From contig OZ024742.1 of the NCBI GenBank assembly GCA_964016885.1, positions 181,350,001 to 181,414,000 on the forward strand: a DNA stretch of 64,000 nt, in the 5' to 3' direction. Under the pieces are notes generated by a model. That model had not been told where the DNA came from. It was given only the letters and a program-made list of their open reading frames with translations, and ran no database searches. A program made the translations under genes and the position numbers. This document shows, piece after piece, positions 14,631 through 27,149 of this stretch (the stretch's first letter is position 1; each line of letters starts with the position of its first letter). This stretch comes from Eledone cirrhosa. Taxonomy: Eukaryota.

Positions 14631-14968
14631 GGCTTTCTTCGCAGTTTTGTTGTTGTTGTTTTTGTTTTCTTCTTTTCATTTTCCTTTCCTTGTTCTCTCA
14701 CCATCTTCCATTTTAATAGAAAGGAAGACAATAACCCATGCCACACTGGTCAAGATTGGCCTAATGTAGCTTAGGTTGGCCTCCAATGACCAAGACTAGC
14801 TTAATTTTAGTCTAGTTTGGCTTGGAATGGGCTGGAATGTCATAGACACTCTAAGACTGACTTACACTAGCCTAGAATGGCCTACACTCAGCAACTGAGT
14901 CATATATTCAACAGTCACACACACCTCATAAATAACCTACACAGATTTGCCAAATATTCTATTTTGTA

Positions 14969-15054
<86 letters not shown>

Positions 15055-15218
15055 GTGCGTGTGTGTGTTTTTCGGGTTCAATACTGAAGCGAAAGCCAAT
15101 TCAAACCAAGTAGTGAGTGTGTTTTATTATTATTTCTGGCAATATTATAACAATATGACGCACCTCAAATATAACAATATTTGTTTCAACACATGATTTC
15201 ATATCAAAAACCTTGCAA

Positions 15219-15257
<39 letters not shown>

Positions 15258-15591
15258 GGTGGGCCAAAAGTCATTTCCTATTTTAAAAATTTCACTTTCT
15301 TTTTTATTATTAAAATTTATTTTTTTCGGATTAAAGTTGAATAAAAATAAGAACCAAAAGATCCAATTATGGAAAAATACACCCTCCAAGAAAAATCAGT
15401 TTTGAGTTAACTTGTAATGTTTTATTAATATATATATGTATATATATGTAAATATATATATGTGTGTGTGTGTGTGAGTCAGGGTTCAGTCGGGTGTAAC
15501 CACAGTAAGTAAGGTACTCAATGCATTAGTAATGTGTATACAACAAAATATAGAAATGGCTTCTACATGACTAGAACTGTTTCCTGCAAAT

Positions 15592-16086
15592 GAAACAGTT
15601 CCTTATATTAAAAAATTCATAATTTTACAATCGTTTCTAGGATATATATGTGTGTGTTGGTATGTATATCATATAGATCTATGTAAACATTTTTACAAAC
15701 TATCAGAGGGAATATACATACCTACACATATATATGCTGTCTTCGTGGATTGGCAGAATCGGTAGAGAGTCGGACGCCATGCTTTCCAGCATAGTTACGT
15801 CCCTTTACGATCTGAGTTCAAATCCCGCCGAGGTTGACTTTGCCTTTCATCCTTACGGGGTCGATAAAATAAAGTACCAGTAATGCACTGGATAATTTCT
15901 GGCCTTGTGCCTAAAGTGGAAACAATTATTTCTGAAGACAGCATATATATGTGTAGGTATGTATAATCTGTCTGATAGTTTGTAATTTTTTTTACATAGA
16001 TCTATATGATATACATACAAACACACACATATATATCCTAGAAATGATCGTAAAATGATGAATTTTTGAATATAAGAAACTGTTTC
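15592..16086. repeat. Inverted repeat (~150-bp arms) with a SINE at its centre
   Basis: 15592-15744 vs 15934-16086. Confidence 0.85.
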
Positions 16087-16259
16087 TTTGTTTTTATTCA
16101 TTGTTTTTATTAATTTATGTTGACTCCGTTTTCCTGTGTTTTTCATTGAAAACATTTTGAATATATCTTCTCTTTTCATGATATTAGGATTACATTGAGT
16201 TCTTCATACGGATTGGACACTACCGTATATTTTGGTAGATTTATCTACATATATATATC

Positions 16260-18076
16260 ATCGTCATCAAACCGGCGGACAAGGGAGGCGCCGTGGTGGT
16301 ATGGCGCGCGGACCTCTACACGGCCGAAGCCCTCAGGCAGCTCTGTAACCCCCTCTTTTACCGCCCTCTACCCTCCGATCCCACTCCCCTCTACCAACAA
16401 CAAGTCTCCTCCACCATCAAAGACCTTATCGCCTCCTCCCTCCTCCCCCCACCGCTTCCCACCTCATCGTCCGCACCCCCCGCACCCCCACCATCTACTT
16501 CCTCCCCAAACCCCACAAACCCGACAACCCCGGCCGCCCCATCGTCTCTGCTTGCAACTGCCCCACCGAACTCATCTCCGCCTTTCTCGACTCCCTCCTC
16601 TCCCCCCTTGTCACCACCCTCCCCTCCCACATCTCCGACACCAACCACGCCCTGCGCCTTTTCGACTCCTTCACCTACCTATCCGGCCCTCAGCCATTCC
16701 TCTTCACCCTAGACATCAAGTTCCTCTATACCGTCATCCCCCACGCCGACGGCCTTCGCGCCCTTCAAACACTACCTCGATCTTCGCCCCTCCCCCATTC
16801 CCTCCACACCCACCCTCCTTCGCCTCGCCGAGCTGGTCCTCACCCTAAATTGTTTCTCCTTCTCGGGTGAGTTTTACCAACAGGTCACGGGGGTAGCCAT
16901 GGGCACAAGAATGGGCCCGAACTATGCCAACCTTTTTGTTGGCCATGTTGAGGCCCAAATCTTTGCCCAGTACACCGGCCCCACGCCCGAACTGTACGGT
17001 CGTTACATTGACGACTGTATCGGAGCCACGACCCTCACCCGAGTACAGCTCGACTCCTTTCTCTCCTTCTTCTGCTCCTTCCACCCCTCCCTCCACTTCA
17101 CCACCTCTATCTCCACCACCCACGTCCACTTCTTGGACATCTCCGTCGCCTTCGACCCCTCCCACCACTCCCTCTTCACCTCCGCCTTCTTCAAACCCAC
17201 CGACTCCCACTCTTACCTCGACTTCACCTCTTCCCACCCCACCCACACTAAACTCTCCATTCCCTACTCCCAACTTCTCAGGATCCGCCGCCTCTGTAGC
17301 CGTGATGCTGACTTCGAGTCCCAGGCCCTTTCCCTAGTCAGCCATTTCATCCGCAGAGGTTACCCCCCTTCTCTCGTCTACACCGCTCTCACCCGCGCCC
17401 GTGCTATCCCCCGCTCCACCACCCTCACCCCACGCCACCGCACACCCACCCACCGTCTCCCCTTCCCCATCACCTACCACCCCTCCACCTTACCCCTCCA
17501 CCGCACCATCCGCCGCCTCTTCCGACGCCTCCAGTCCGACCCCTCCACCTCCCACATCTTCCCAACCCCACCACTCCCCTCCTTCAAACCCGCACGCAAT
17601 CTCCGCACCCTCCTCGTCCACAGCTCCCTACCCCCCAACCCACGCTCCGTTTCCCCCCCGGTTCCTTCCCCTGTTCTAGGCCTCGCTGCAACACCTGTCC
17701 CCACATCACCAACACCACCACCTTCCAGAGTCCCAACGGCCACTCTCTCTCGGTCCGGCATGCCTTCCGCTGCACCTCCTCCAACCTAGTCTACGGACTT
17801 CGTTGCACGGAGTGCAGCGCGACTTATGTCGGACAGACGGGACGTCGCCTGGCGGACCGAATCACGGAGCACCTCCGGGATATTCGTCTCGGGGGCAGTT
17901 CCCCCATCGCCCGCCACTTTGGTGGCCTTGGACACTCCGCACGCCATCTCACAGTCTGTGGCCTACTCCAGTGCCACGGAACACCCGCCCATCGCATTAC
18001 GGTCGAACAACGCACTATCTTCATCTTACAGACCCACACTCCCCCCGGCCTGAACTCCCCACCCTTATTCCTTTAG
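16260..18076 (+). pseudogene. PLE RT + GIY-YIG coding remnant
   Basis: ORF 16899-17789 (MGTRMGPNYANLFVG...YIDDCIG...HFLDI...KPTDSHSYL); GIY-YIG in shifted frame ending ...QTHTPPGLNSPPLFL* at 18076. Confidence 0.9.
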
Positions 18077-19179
18077 CGTTCGACCGCCCCCCTCCCCCCA
18101 CACTTATCCCCCACTAACACCACTAACACACCCCTCCTTTTCACCGCCCACCCCACACTAACAATACTAACACCTCCACTCCACCCCTCATCTGACCACC
18201 CTTCCCCAACTAACATACTAACATCCCTTCCCTCCCCTCTTCTCCTCCTCCCCCCTCCATAGAACCACACACACCCTTCTCTCCCCGCTCTACACTCACT
18301 CATTCCACTAACACCCCTACTAATACACCGCCCCTCCTCACTCCCACTCTCACACCTACCCATCCTCGCCTCCCTACCATTCCGCCGACTGCTGCTATGC
18401 CCTTCCGGCCACCTCTCAGCACCAACTGACCACAGCACTCCCACTGCTGACCACTTCCTGTTGCGCGCGCACCCCACATCTCTCCTCTTCCGACCACCGC
18501 TTCTTGGATTACCCACACGCGAAATTGACTTCTAACCAAAATCTCCAAACATCCGTGGAACTTACCAACTTTTCAACCATCCTCTTACACCATCACCTAT
18601 ATAACTCACCCACACACACACCCCAACAAAAATTTTTTTTATCCACACGCCACCCACACCCACAACACGCTTAAACCACACACACGTGCTTCCCACCACA
18701 TATTTACACCCTCAGCCTCCTGATTCCTCTCCCCCCACCCCCCTATCCACACACGCACAGACACTCCGACCCACAAAAACACCCCCCACACACACCTTCC
18801 TGAACATGCAACCCCGTTCTTCCCCCAACCCTCACTTTCACATACACACACACACACACACGCACACCTAACCACACACACCACCATAAGCCCTCCCCGC
18901 TCGGACACCCCGTCTCCCTCTCCCCACTCCACCCGCCACCACCCCTACTCACCCCACATCCTTCCACCACCTGTTTACCCCCCTTTTAATTTCAGTTTAT
19001 TTTGATCATGCCTTTATTTTTAAATTTTCTCATTCCTTGTATTTTGATCATGCTTTATTTTTATTTATTATAATTTTTGTCTTTATTTGTTAATTTTTCA
19101 TTCGCACCGTTTCCTTTCGCTATATGTCTCTCCACCACTCCCCTACACACCTTTTGAACTCTGTTCCCACACACTTCTC

Positions 19180-19211
19180 ACCTGAAGAAGGGCTTATGCC
19201 CGAAACGTCGT
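19180..19211 (+). ncRNA. Minimal hammerhead ribozyme core in PLE 3' region
   Basis: CTGAAGA-A-GGGC-TTAT-GCCC-GAAA-CG-TC; stem I only 2 bp. Confidence 0.75.
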
Positions 19212-19328
19212 CCCCCCACCTACCCCCCACTCTCCTGAGCGTGAATTTAATAAACATTTATCGTACTGCCTCTCTGTTCTGTCCCTGTTCAATTTTCATA
19301 CAATTATATATATATATATATATAAGAG

Positions 19329-19413
19329 AATGGAAAAATTTGAACAGGGACAAAACAGAGAGGCAGTACAACGAATGTTTATTAATTTCACGCTCTGGAG
19401 AGTGGGGTGTTGG
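19329..19413 (-). mobile_element. Short inverted copy of the PLE 3' terminus
   Basis: Reverse complement of ~19215-19299 with several mismatches, tail-to-tail across (TA)n. Confidence 0.85.
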
Positions 19414-19461
<48 letters not shown>

Positions 19462-19464
19462 TAG

Positions 19465-19782
19465 AGATTTTGAGTTTATGTTGGTTGTATACCAACACCT
19501 CAGTATGCAGGCTGGAGCACTCGACGAAGTGCGCAGGTTGGTTTGGTTACTCCGGAGTAGTGTAAAATAAAGTTAAATAAAAGTCAAATGATTAAAATTT
19601 AGCTTCGTTTATTACTGCTATATATATTTCAGTGACAGCCATCTTTGGCTGTGACCTCTTCAGGCAGTTTGAATTAGTATGGTATAGACAAGTACATATG
19701 TTGTTTAGGTGTATGATATTGTCAATACTCTGATATGCCCAGTTCCTTGTTGGGTTGTTAATTCACTGGGGAACAGTGAATT
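19465..19782 (-). mobile_element. ~310-bp non-coding HHR-bearing element
   Basis: Reverse-complement homologue of 6716-7028; (TA)n flanks. Confidence 0.8.
19614..19668 (-). ncRNA. Type I hammerhead ribozyme, intact core
   Basis: ACTGC-CTGAAGA-GGTCACAGCCA-AAGA-TGGCTGTCACT-GAAA-TATATA-TA-GCAGT. Confidence 0.88.
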
Positions 19783-19791
19783 ATATATATA

Positions 19792-19932
<141 letters not shown>

Positions 19933-19934
19933 AA

Positions 19935-20471
19935 AAATAGACGGTAGCCACGGAGTAAGCAGACCCAGAAAAACCTGGGACGACTTGCTAAATTCCGGCC
20001 TCACACACACCTCTCCAAGACAATGTCACTGGACCGAGATCTTTGGCGCTACACTATAATACAGAAGACCCGCCTTGCCTAAGTACAAAGCGAAACCTAC
20101 AGTCAGTAGGCACCTCTAACAAAAATACACCCCGGCCCCACTATCCCCACCCCATCCACACCACCCCTTCCAATGTAAAGTTATGTTGGTACCACAACAT
20201 CCAGTCCGAAACAAATGAGGTCGTGTAGGTGTCACGACAAAAAAAAAACACACACAGTCCACGCTTTAATGTGGCCGTGTATGTAACATGGTAAAAACCT
20301 CCCAGTCCACACTGTCAACGTGGTTGGTGTTAGGAAGGGCATCCAGCCGTAGAAAACTCGCCAGACAGTCCTATACGAGCAAAACAACCAATCTTGCCTC
20401 AAGTGGGAAAATTCCCGTCCAAACCCATGCTAGCGTGGAAGATGGACGTTAAACGATGATGATGATGATGA

Positions 20472-20475
<4 letters not shown>
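19935..20475 (+). mobile_element. RTE 3' end joined to SINE-shared domain and (GAT)n tail
   Basis: RPRKTW remnant, then GGTTGGTGTTAGGAAGGGCATCCAGC..., GGACGTTAAACGATGATG; homologues at 44130-44822 and 55295-55440. Confidence 0.75.
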
Positions 20476-20533
<58 letters not shown>

Positions 20534-20712
20534 CAAAGTATATATTGGGCTAGCAACTCAGAATAGTCCCTTACAATTAAAATAGCTCAAGGGAAAAATT
20601 TTACGAGCTGTGTAATATAATTCAATATAATAAAGAGAGATAAACACTGATATATACATATATGTGTTTAAATTATAAGGGACATTAAATTATAATCAGC
20701 TGTCAACCACAT

Positions 20713-20813
<101 letters not shown>

Positions 20814-21952
20814 TATGTGGTTGACAACTGGGAGAAAGGAGTACTTAATACTGAAGTAGAGTTTTAATATTCATTTTATTAAGGGTAAATATTGAGTCTC
20901 TTTATTCTGGTGCTTCACCTGTTTAAACAGGTGAAGCACCAGAGTAGCACGACTCACTATTTAGCCTAAATAAAATGACTATATATATATGTAGATCCCG
21001 AGCGAGATAATCACAGTTAAAAAGGTACTCAATACATTAGTAGAGTGTAATCATCATTATATATATATCTATATTAATAAAGCTGACGGCCGTATGTATG
21101 TATGTATGTATGTAACAAACTTTTGGCCAAATGGCTGGACCAATCAGCACCAAATTTGCACTGTGGATGTAATTTTTTCCAAGGAAGAAAGTGAGCATGT
21201 TTTTGTCTACTAAATTTCGTTATTCTTGACTAAAGATGTTTTATTGCTTATTTAAAGATTGACTTCTTTAAAATGTTCAAATGTCAACACTTCTGGTTAG
21301 TGATCGCTTATATCACAGGTTCTCAACCCATTTAGGCCAAACGCCCCCTTTTGTCCCTTGAAATCACGACCCCCCCCCCCCCCACCCTACTGTTCCATTT
21401 TTCAATATACTACTGATTTTGATATCAGTAGATTACTAAAAATTTGATTAACAATATTCAGGCAGCTGAGAGTATAAATACATTCCTTGAAAGGAAATAT
21501 ATAAATTTCAAAAAAAGGAACATAAATGTTCTTTTTTATGAATAAAGCCCAGTTGAATTTGTTATATTCCCACCAGGCGATACAAGCTATTTTGAACATT
21601 TATACAAGAGCAACTCTGTCTATCCCAAGAGTGCTCTTATCTGGAAGAAAGTGGCAATTATATCATTTCAAAGCTTTCCAATTTTCCCTTTAATGAAACG
21701 GACAGAATACATGTTGATATCCTCCTGCTTTGTGAGCTTAGAGACCACGGAAGAGGGTTTTCATGACCACGCGGGAGGGTATATTTATTAATAAATGGTA
21801 AAATATATACAACAAATGAGTAATTGAATTGTAGTAGATGGTTTCCAGTTCAGTCAGACTGCAACTACAAATAAAAAAATTGTTAGTTTGCTTTGTAACA
21901 ATAGCATATCCAAGTTTTCGGATAAATCAACTTACTTTAACTTTGACTCATT

Positions 21953-23010
21953 TCAATGGGACCCTTGAGCTTTATGGAGTCTAACTAACTCTTGGACGTG
22001 AGGCTGAATTTTCCTAAGGTGTAGCCAGAGATCTCCACGTGTAATTACATTGTAGCGGTTGCGAGCCTTACTGTGCAGTCTGGAAACAACACCAAACCTC
22101 CTCTCGACTAAGTATGAGCTTGGAAAAGGCAGAGCAAATCTCTTAGCCTCTGCATGTAGGTGTGGAAATCAACGCTGAATTTCCTCTTGCATCCCAAAAA
22201 GGGGTTCACCTATTTTGGGAGATCTAATTTTGATCATGTCATCTGCTTGAAGTTCAATGAATTCTTCCTGAAATTTAATGTCCAAATCGTCGACGATAGC
22301 TATGAAAGCATCTGCTATCCACATTGGGATGTCCATCGGCAAAAGGTCGACAAACCGTTCTCTCATGTCTTATAGCGCACGGAGGTGAGTGGTATAAATT
22401 TGGAGTTGATCATTGCTTACAATGTTTTGAACATTGGCGACACTAGGAAAATTATAGAATTCCCGTCAACAAAGATTCCTTTCGATGACATTCAATTTGG
22501 CCAGGAATGTTTTCACAGCATTCCTTGCTTTAAGCAAGGTGATCTTCTTCCCTTGCAAAGCTAAAATGACGCTATTGCATTTGTCAAAGATGTTGATGAG
22601 GTAGGTGCAGTCTTGCCTCACATCGAGGGTTTTCTTATACAGTTCTGTGTTGTGTCCTCGCAGAAACTCAATGATAGAGTCGAAGAGTTGAAAGAAGTGA
22701 GTAAAGCACTTGCCCTTTGAAAGCCACCTCACTTCAGTATGAAGGAGCAACTTGACGAATTCTTTGTCATTATCTTGGCACAGTTGCTGGAAAATTCGTT
22801 CATTGAGAGAATGCCGTTTGATAAAATTGATGACATCAATGGCGACCTGCAAGGACTTGCTCAGCAGTTCGCTGAGTTTCTTCGCAGCCAAGTGTTGTCG
22901 ATGAATGATACAATGAACAGCAAATACAGATAGATTTTCTCTCTTCAGAAGAGTGACGAAGCTCTTATGTTGGCCGACCATTGCTCTTGCGTCGTCCGTA
23001 ACACATGATA
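21953..23010 (-). pseudogene. Buster-type hAT transposase, C-terminal half, disrupted
   Basis: Motifs VTDDARAMVG, VHCIIHRQHLA, LLLHTEVRWLSKG, FPSSYLVER, terminal QGSH*. Confidence 0.88.
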
Positions 23011-23460
23011 CAATGTGTTTTTATGTGGTCATAGATGTATGTATTACCTGCCTGTGTGTTGTATGTAGTCCTAGATGTATGTATTACCTGCATATGCATT
23101 GCTTGTGGTCCCAGCTGTATGTATTACCTGCTTGTGTGTTGTATGTGGTCCTAGATGTGTGTATTACCTCCTTATGTGTTGTATGTGGTCCTAGATGTAT
23201 GTATTACCTGATTGTGTTGTATGTGGTCCTAGATGTTTGTATTACCTGCTTATGTGTTGTATGTGGTCTTAGATGTGTGTGCTACCTGCCTGTGTGTTTT
23301 ATGTGGTCCTAGATGTGTGTGTGCTACCTCCCTATGTGTTGCATGTGGTCCTAGATGTGTGTATGACCTTCTTATGTATTGTATGTGGTCTTAGATGCGT
23401 GTATTACCTGGTTATGTGTTGTATGTAGTCCTAGATGTGTGTGCTACCCGCTTCTGTGTT
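23010..23460. repeat. ~40-bp minisatellite inside the hAT element
   Basis: GTATGTGGTCCTAGATGTGTGTATTACCTGCTTATGTGTT-like unit, about 11 copies. Confidence 0.9.
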
Positions 23461-24549
23461 TTTTTTCTTTTTTTATTTGTAATATTATTTATACAATAGG
23501 GAATAAAATAGATCTACATAGTGTTAACTCGTTACGGTTGAGTCAATAACTTCAGACATGAAATACATTGTTATTGGTGAAGGAAAGATAAGATTCTAAC
23601 TGGCTGTGCTCAAAGTGTCCTTGACCCAGATGAATGTATTTTTTTTTTCATTTTTAGGATCTCAATTACCGGTTAATGTCTAGACACGCCTGCACACCTG
23701 CTCACAGCTGCGGTCAGACTATAGTTATGACGTCTGTAATCTCATTCAAATGCATTCACACTGGCTGTCTCAAAGACATACAAATATGGCTTATAAAACT
23801 TACCAAAGTAAAGAGTTTTCCAGCCAGCTCCAAACGCCCCCTAACGCGACCTTGCTCCCAAACGCCCCCTGGAGTTCTGAAACGTCCCCCGGGGTGCATA
23901 TGCCCCCCGTTGAGAACCTTTGGCTTAAATAAACATTCATATATTTTGCAGTTTATATATAATATCGTCTTTTTTAAAAATGTATCATGGATAACATTTT
24001 TGTGCATATTGTCAATCTCTATCTATATTAATAAAGCTATCTATATTATGTAAAGTGAGGAGTACTTACTGGTACCATATTATATATAATATATATAATA
24101 CGACATTCCTCTCTCTTTTTAGATAGATACATAACTATAACGTCGCGCACTTATAATATCTGTCTGCCTGTCTGTCTGCATTGACTTCGCTTCTAACCAA
24201 CTTTTAATTAATTATATATTCGTGTACAGATATTTTTGCATACACAAACACACAATACATCGAAAACAGAACTACAAAAACAAAATATAAACAAACATTG
24301 TATTTATTTCGTTAACTTCGCAGCAATTTGTTTACATTTAGTTCGACTGTACGAAAGCACAGATGGCTTATCGTCTGTTTATCCAAGCGAAGCTAGGTAC
24401 GTCAGCTATATATATATATATGGATACCCTAGAACACACCAATGGTGGATTTATTGAATGAAATCGATGGAGCTGGCCTTTCTCATCTTTCCCTGTAGGG
24501 CGGCATACAGATTAGCACCACCAACAACAGAATGCCCCCTTTGACCTTT

Positions 24550-24710
24550 TGACTCACACGCGTGCAATCACATTTTAACTGAAGCCAATCACTATCAGTC
24601 ATGATTGACCCCTCATAACTTGATTGGTTATATGATTTCTATGCGTCATCCTCCCCTGAATAACACCTATATAAAGAGCAAACATGATCCTCTTTGAACA
24701 ATCATTGTTA
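24550..24710 (+). promoter_or_regulatory. Candidate Pol II core promoter
   Basis: TGACTCA, AGCCAATC, TGATTGG, TGCGTCA, TATATAAA at 24668 and TCATT Inr-like motif ~30 bp downstream, then ATG at 24719. Confidence 0.35.
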
Positions 24711-26680
24711 CTGCCGATATGATACCCAAAAAGTACCGGCCTGGCCGCAAGATCCGATTTTCCAGAAGAAAAAAATGTTACTAGAGCAGCAGAGTCTGAA
24801 GATGATCATGAATGTCACCTTCAGCAGATGAAGACTCATGCAAGAGCCAGTCTCGCAGGCCAGCCTCAAGAGCAGCTCCAGTCTCGCTTTCAGCAACTGA
24901 GGACTCATGCGAGAGCCATTCAATTAGCCCAGTCTCAAGAGCAGCGCCAGTCTCGCCTTCAGCAACTGAGGACTCATGCGAGAGCCATTTGATCAGCCCA
25001 GTCTCAAGAGCAGTGAGTCACCACAATAGCTTTCCCCACTTAACTCCGTAATCGGAAGATAGTGCAGGAACCTCTTATTGAAAACCACACACTTGCCACT
25101 AGCATTTCATCCAGTCTTACATAGAAAGAAGAGATGGGCATGTTTAATGGAGGGGGAAATATAGGTCAGTGAGGGTCATGCTGGTAACAACGGGGAGCAT
25201 AAAGACAATCAAGCAGTGTGTTGACGCATTCAGCCGAAATCACAACTATATTCCTTGTTAGGTTAATTGCCAGTACATTAAACTACCAGGCCCAGCCGGA
25301 TAGTGCCTGGCGGTAGGCCTGCATCAGATCTTTTAGAAAGCCCTCATAACCAGTGCCACAATAGCAGGATTGTGGCAAAACTAATGGTCCAACCCCTCAG
25401 TTGTAACTTTTACCACCGAATCGAGTGATTACGATCGTTGAGCATTCCAGTGGTGGTGGTGGTATTTTACACGCGTCAGAAATGAGTCACCACAATAGCT
25501 CCCCTCCCCCCTTGATATGTACTCGGAACGACAACTGACTTGAGAGGGTGTGCGGTATCTTTGCACTGGAGTGGAAGGGAGCTTCCTGAAAAGATAAGAT
25601 GCCAGTATGCCGGTATACCTAGCCAGGTGCCAGCTAGTATATATATATACACACACACACACATATATAAACATATATCCCCTTCTCAGTTGAAAGGTTA
25701 GTGCCATTCACTATACATACAATCTACTTTACCAAATAGTGAATACTTAGCTGAATATAGTCTTACTAGTCTAAACTGGTAATTCCCAATCTATACATAT
25801 ATATTCATATATGTATATATATATCATCATCGTTTAACGTCTATCTTCCATGCTAGCATGGGTTATATATACCTGTATATGTCTGTACTAAGGGATTCGC
25901 CTAAGCTCCAAAGCCCCTAAGCTACTGCTGTGAAGATAACTTTTGTCTACTCTAAACAATAACTTTTCCAAACACCCACTTTATTTTTCTTTAAAAATAA
26001 CACCCACCTCGTTTTATGTCTGCCATATACTTGGATTTGGGGGCCTTTGTTGTATATATATATGCACTTGTGCATACATACATATATATACACAACTGTA
26101 TGGATTTGTGTGTGTAGATGTGTGTTTTTCTGTGGGGGTAGGTGTGAGTGTATGTACAAGTCAACCAACATAAGTCTTTTTATTTGTAAACTTTCTAAGT
26201 ATTTGACTCTAACCATAATTTTCAGTATTACCACCCCACATAAATTCCTCAATTTGTATGTGTGGATGTGTGTGTGTTTCTGTGGGGATGGGTGTGAGTG
26301 TATGTGCAAGTCAACCAACATAAGTCTTTTTATATGTACATTTTCTAAGTATTTGACTCTAACCATAATTTTCAGTAATACCACCCCACACAAATTCCTC
26401 AATTTAGAATGACCAGTAGTATCGAATTTCATACTATAAACCTCAATTGAATATATATCTGACCAGGAATGCTTTTTGTGAAAATCAGTCATATGGAACT
26501 ATTGTCATCCTGTCTGACAGTTTGAAATTTACAACACCACCTGCCTCTTTGAGGTCAAATACCAACCCTACTAGCTACTAGCATCTAAACATTAAATTAT
26601 CCCCAACAAGCTCATATGTCCCAAGGCTCTGAAACTATCAATACCAAAAACACAGAGCTGGCATATCTAAGAACTGACTA

Positions 26681-26736
26681 ACTGCCTGATGAGGTCATAG
26701 CCATTCAATGGCTATCATCGAAATATATATAGCAGT
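26681..26736 (+). ncRNA. Type I hammerhead ribozyme, intact core
   Basis: ACTGC-CTGATGA-GGTCATAGCCA-TTCAA-TGGCTATCATC-GAAA-TATATA-TA-GCAGT. Confidence 0.88.
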
Positions 26737-26848
26737 AAATAAAGGATTATGAGTTCATGCAATTGACTTATGTTTAGTCACTATATATATATATATATAT
26801 TATTCAAAATATTAATAAATGGATACATTCACATAATCAAAATATATG

Positions 26849-26909
26849 TTTTATTATATATATTCGGAGGTACTGAGATGTTTTTTCAGTACGTCCTCAT
26901 CAGATAAAA
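26849..26909 (-). ncRNA. Hammerhead ribozyme, one A missing from GAAA
   Basis: TTTTAT-CTGATGA-GGACGTACTGA...TCAGTACCTCC-GAA-TATATA-TA-ATAAAA. Confidence 0.75.
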
Positions 26910-27040
26910 TACATAAATTGATGTATGACATACCTCAACTGTGCTGATGGTTTAATTCCAGTCTTGGCAGTTATATACATATATATATAAAAAGGAGTGA
27001 AGAGTAACACGAATCAGCTATACAGTAGGGTTTATACCAA

Positions 27041-27149
27041 GTATTAACAAATGTTTCATTGGTCCGGTGTGTTTAAAAATCGCTATCTGTAGTGCTACCA
27101 TGACAATCGATTTTAAGTACAGTTAACACCAGCCAAATTGTCAAAATAC
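27041..27149 (-). ncRNA. Degenerate hammerhead ribozyme with long stem II
   Basis: GTATT-TTGACAA-TTTGGCTGGTGT...ACACCGGACCAAT-GAAA-CATTTG-TT-AATAC; core differs from CTGACGA by two transitions. Confidence 0.5.

Larger units (their letters stand above)
16259..19299 (+). mobile_element. Penelope-like element, 5'-truncated copy of the 58061-62383 family
   Basis: Starts at IVIKPADKG directly after a (TA)n run; nearly identical to 59098-62383; same 3' end ...CTGTCCCTGTTCAATTTTCAT followed by (TA)n. Confidence 0.92.
21314..23922 (-). mobile_element. hAT DNA transposon, Buster/Charlie type
   Basis: TIRs CACAGGTTCTCAAC / GTTGAGAACCTTTG; 8-bp TSD GCTTATAT (21306-21313) / GCTTAAAT (23923-23930) with central TA. 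Confidence 0.9.
21068..24408 (+). mobile_element. Non-autonomous Helitron-like element interrupted by the hAT
   Basis: 5' TCTATATTAATAAAG..(GTAT)n..CCAAATTTG; 3' CCAAGCGAAGCTAGGTACGTCAGCTA resembling hairpin + CTAG end; second 5'-like motif near 24022. Confidence 0.6.

Noticed and set aside
23010-23460. CRISPR-like appearance of periodic repeats (also 620-990, 7890-8440, 49770-50292)
   Set aside because: No unique spacers, degenerate head-to-tail units, eukaryotic context, no cas genes
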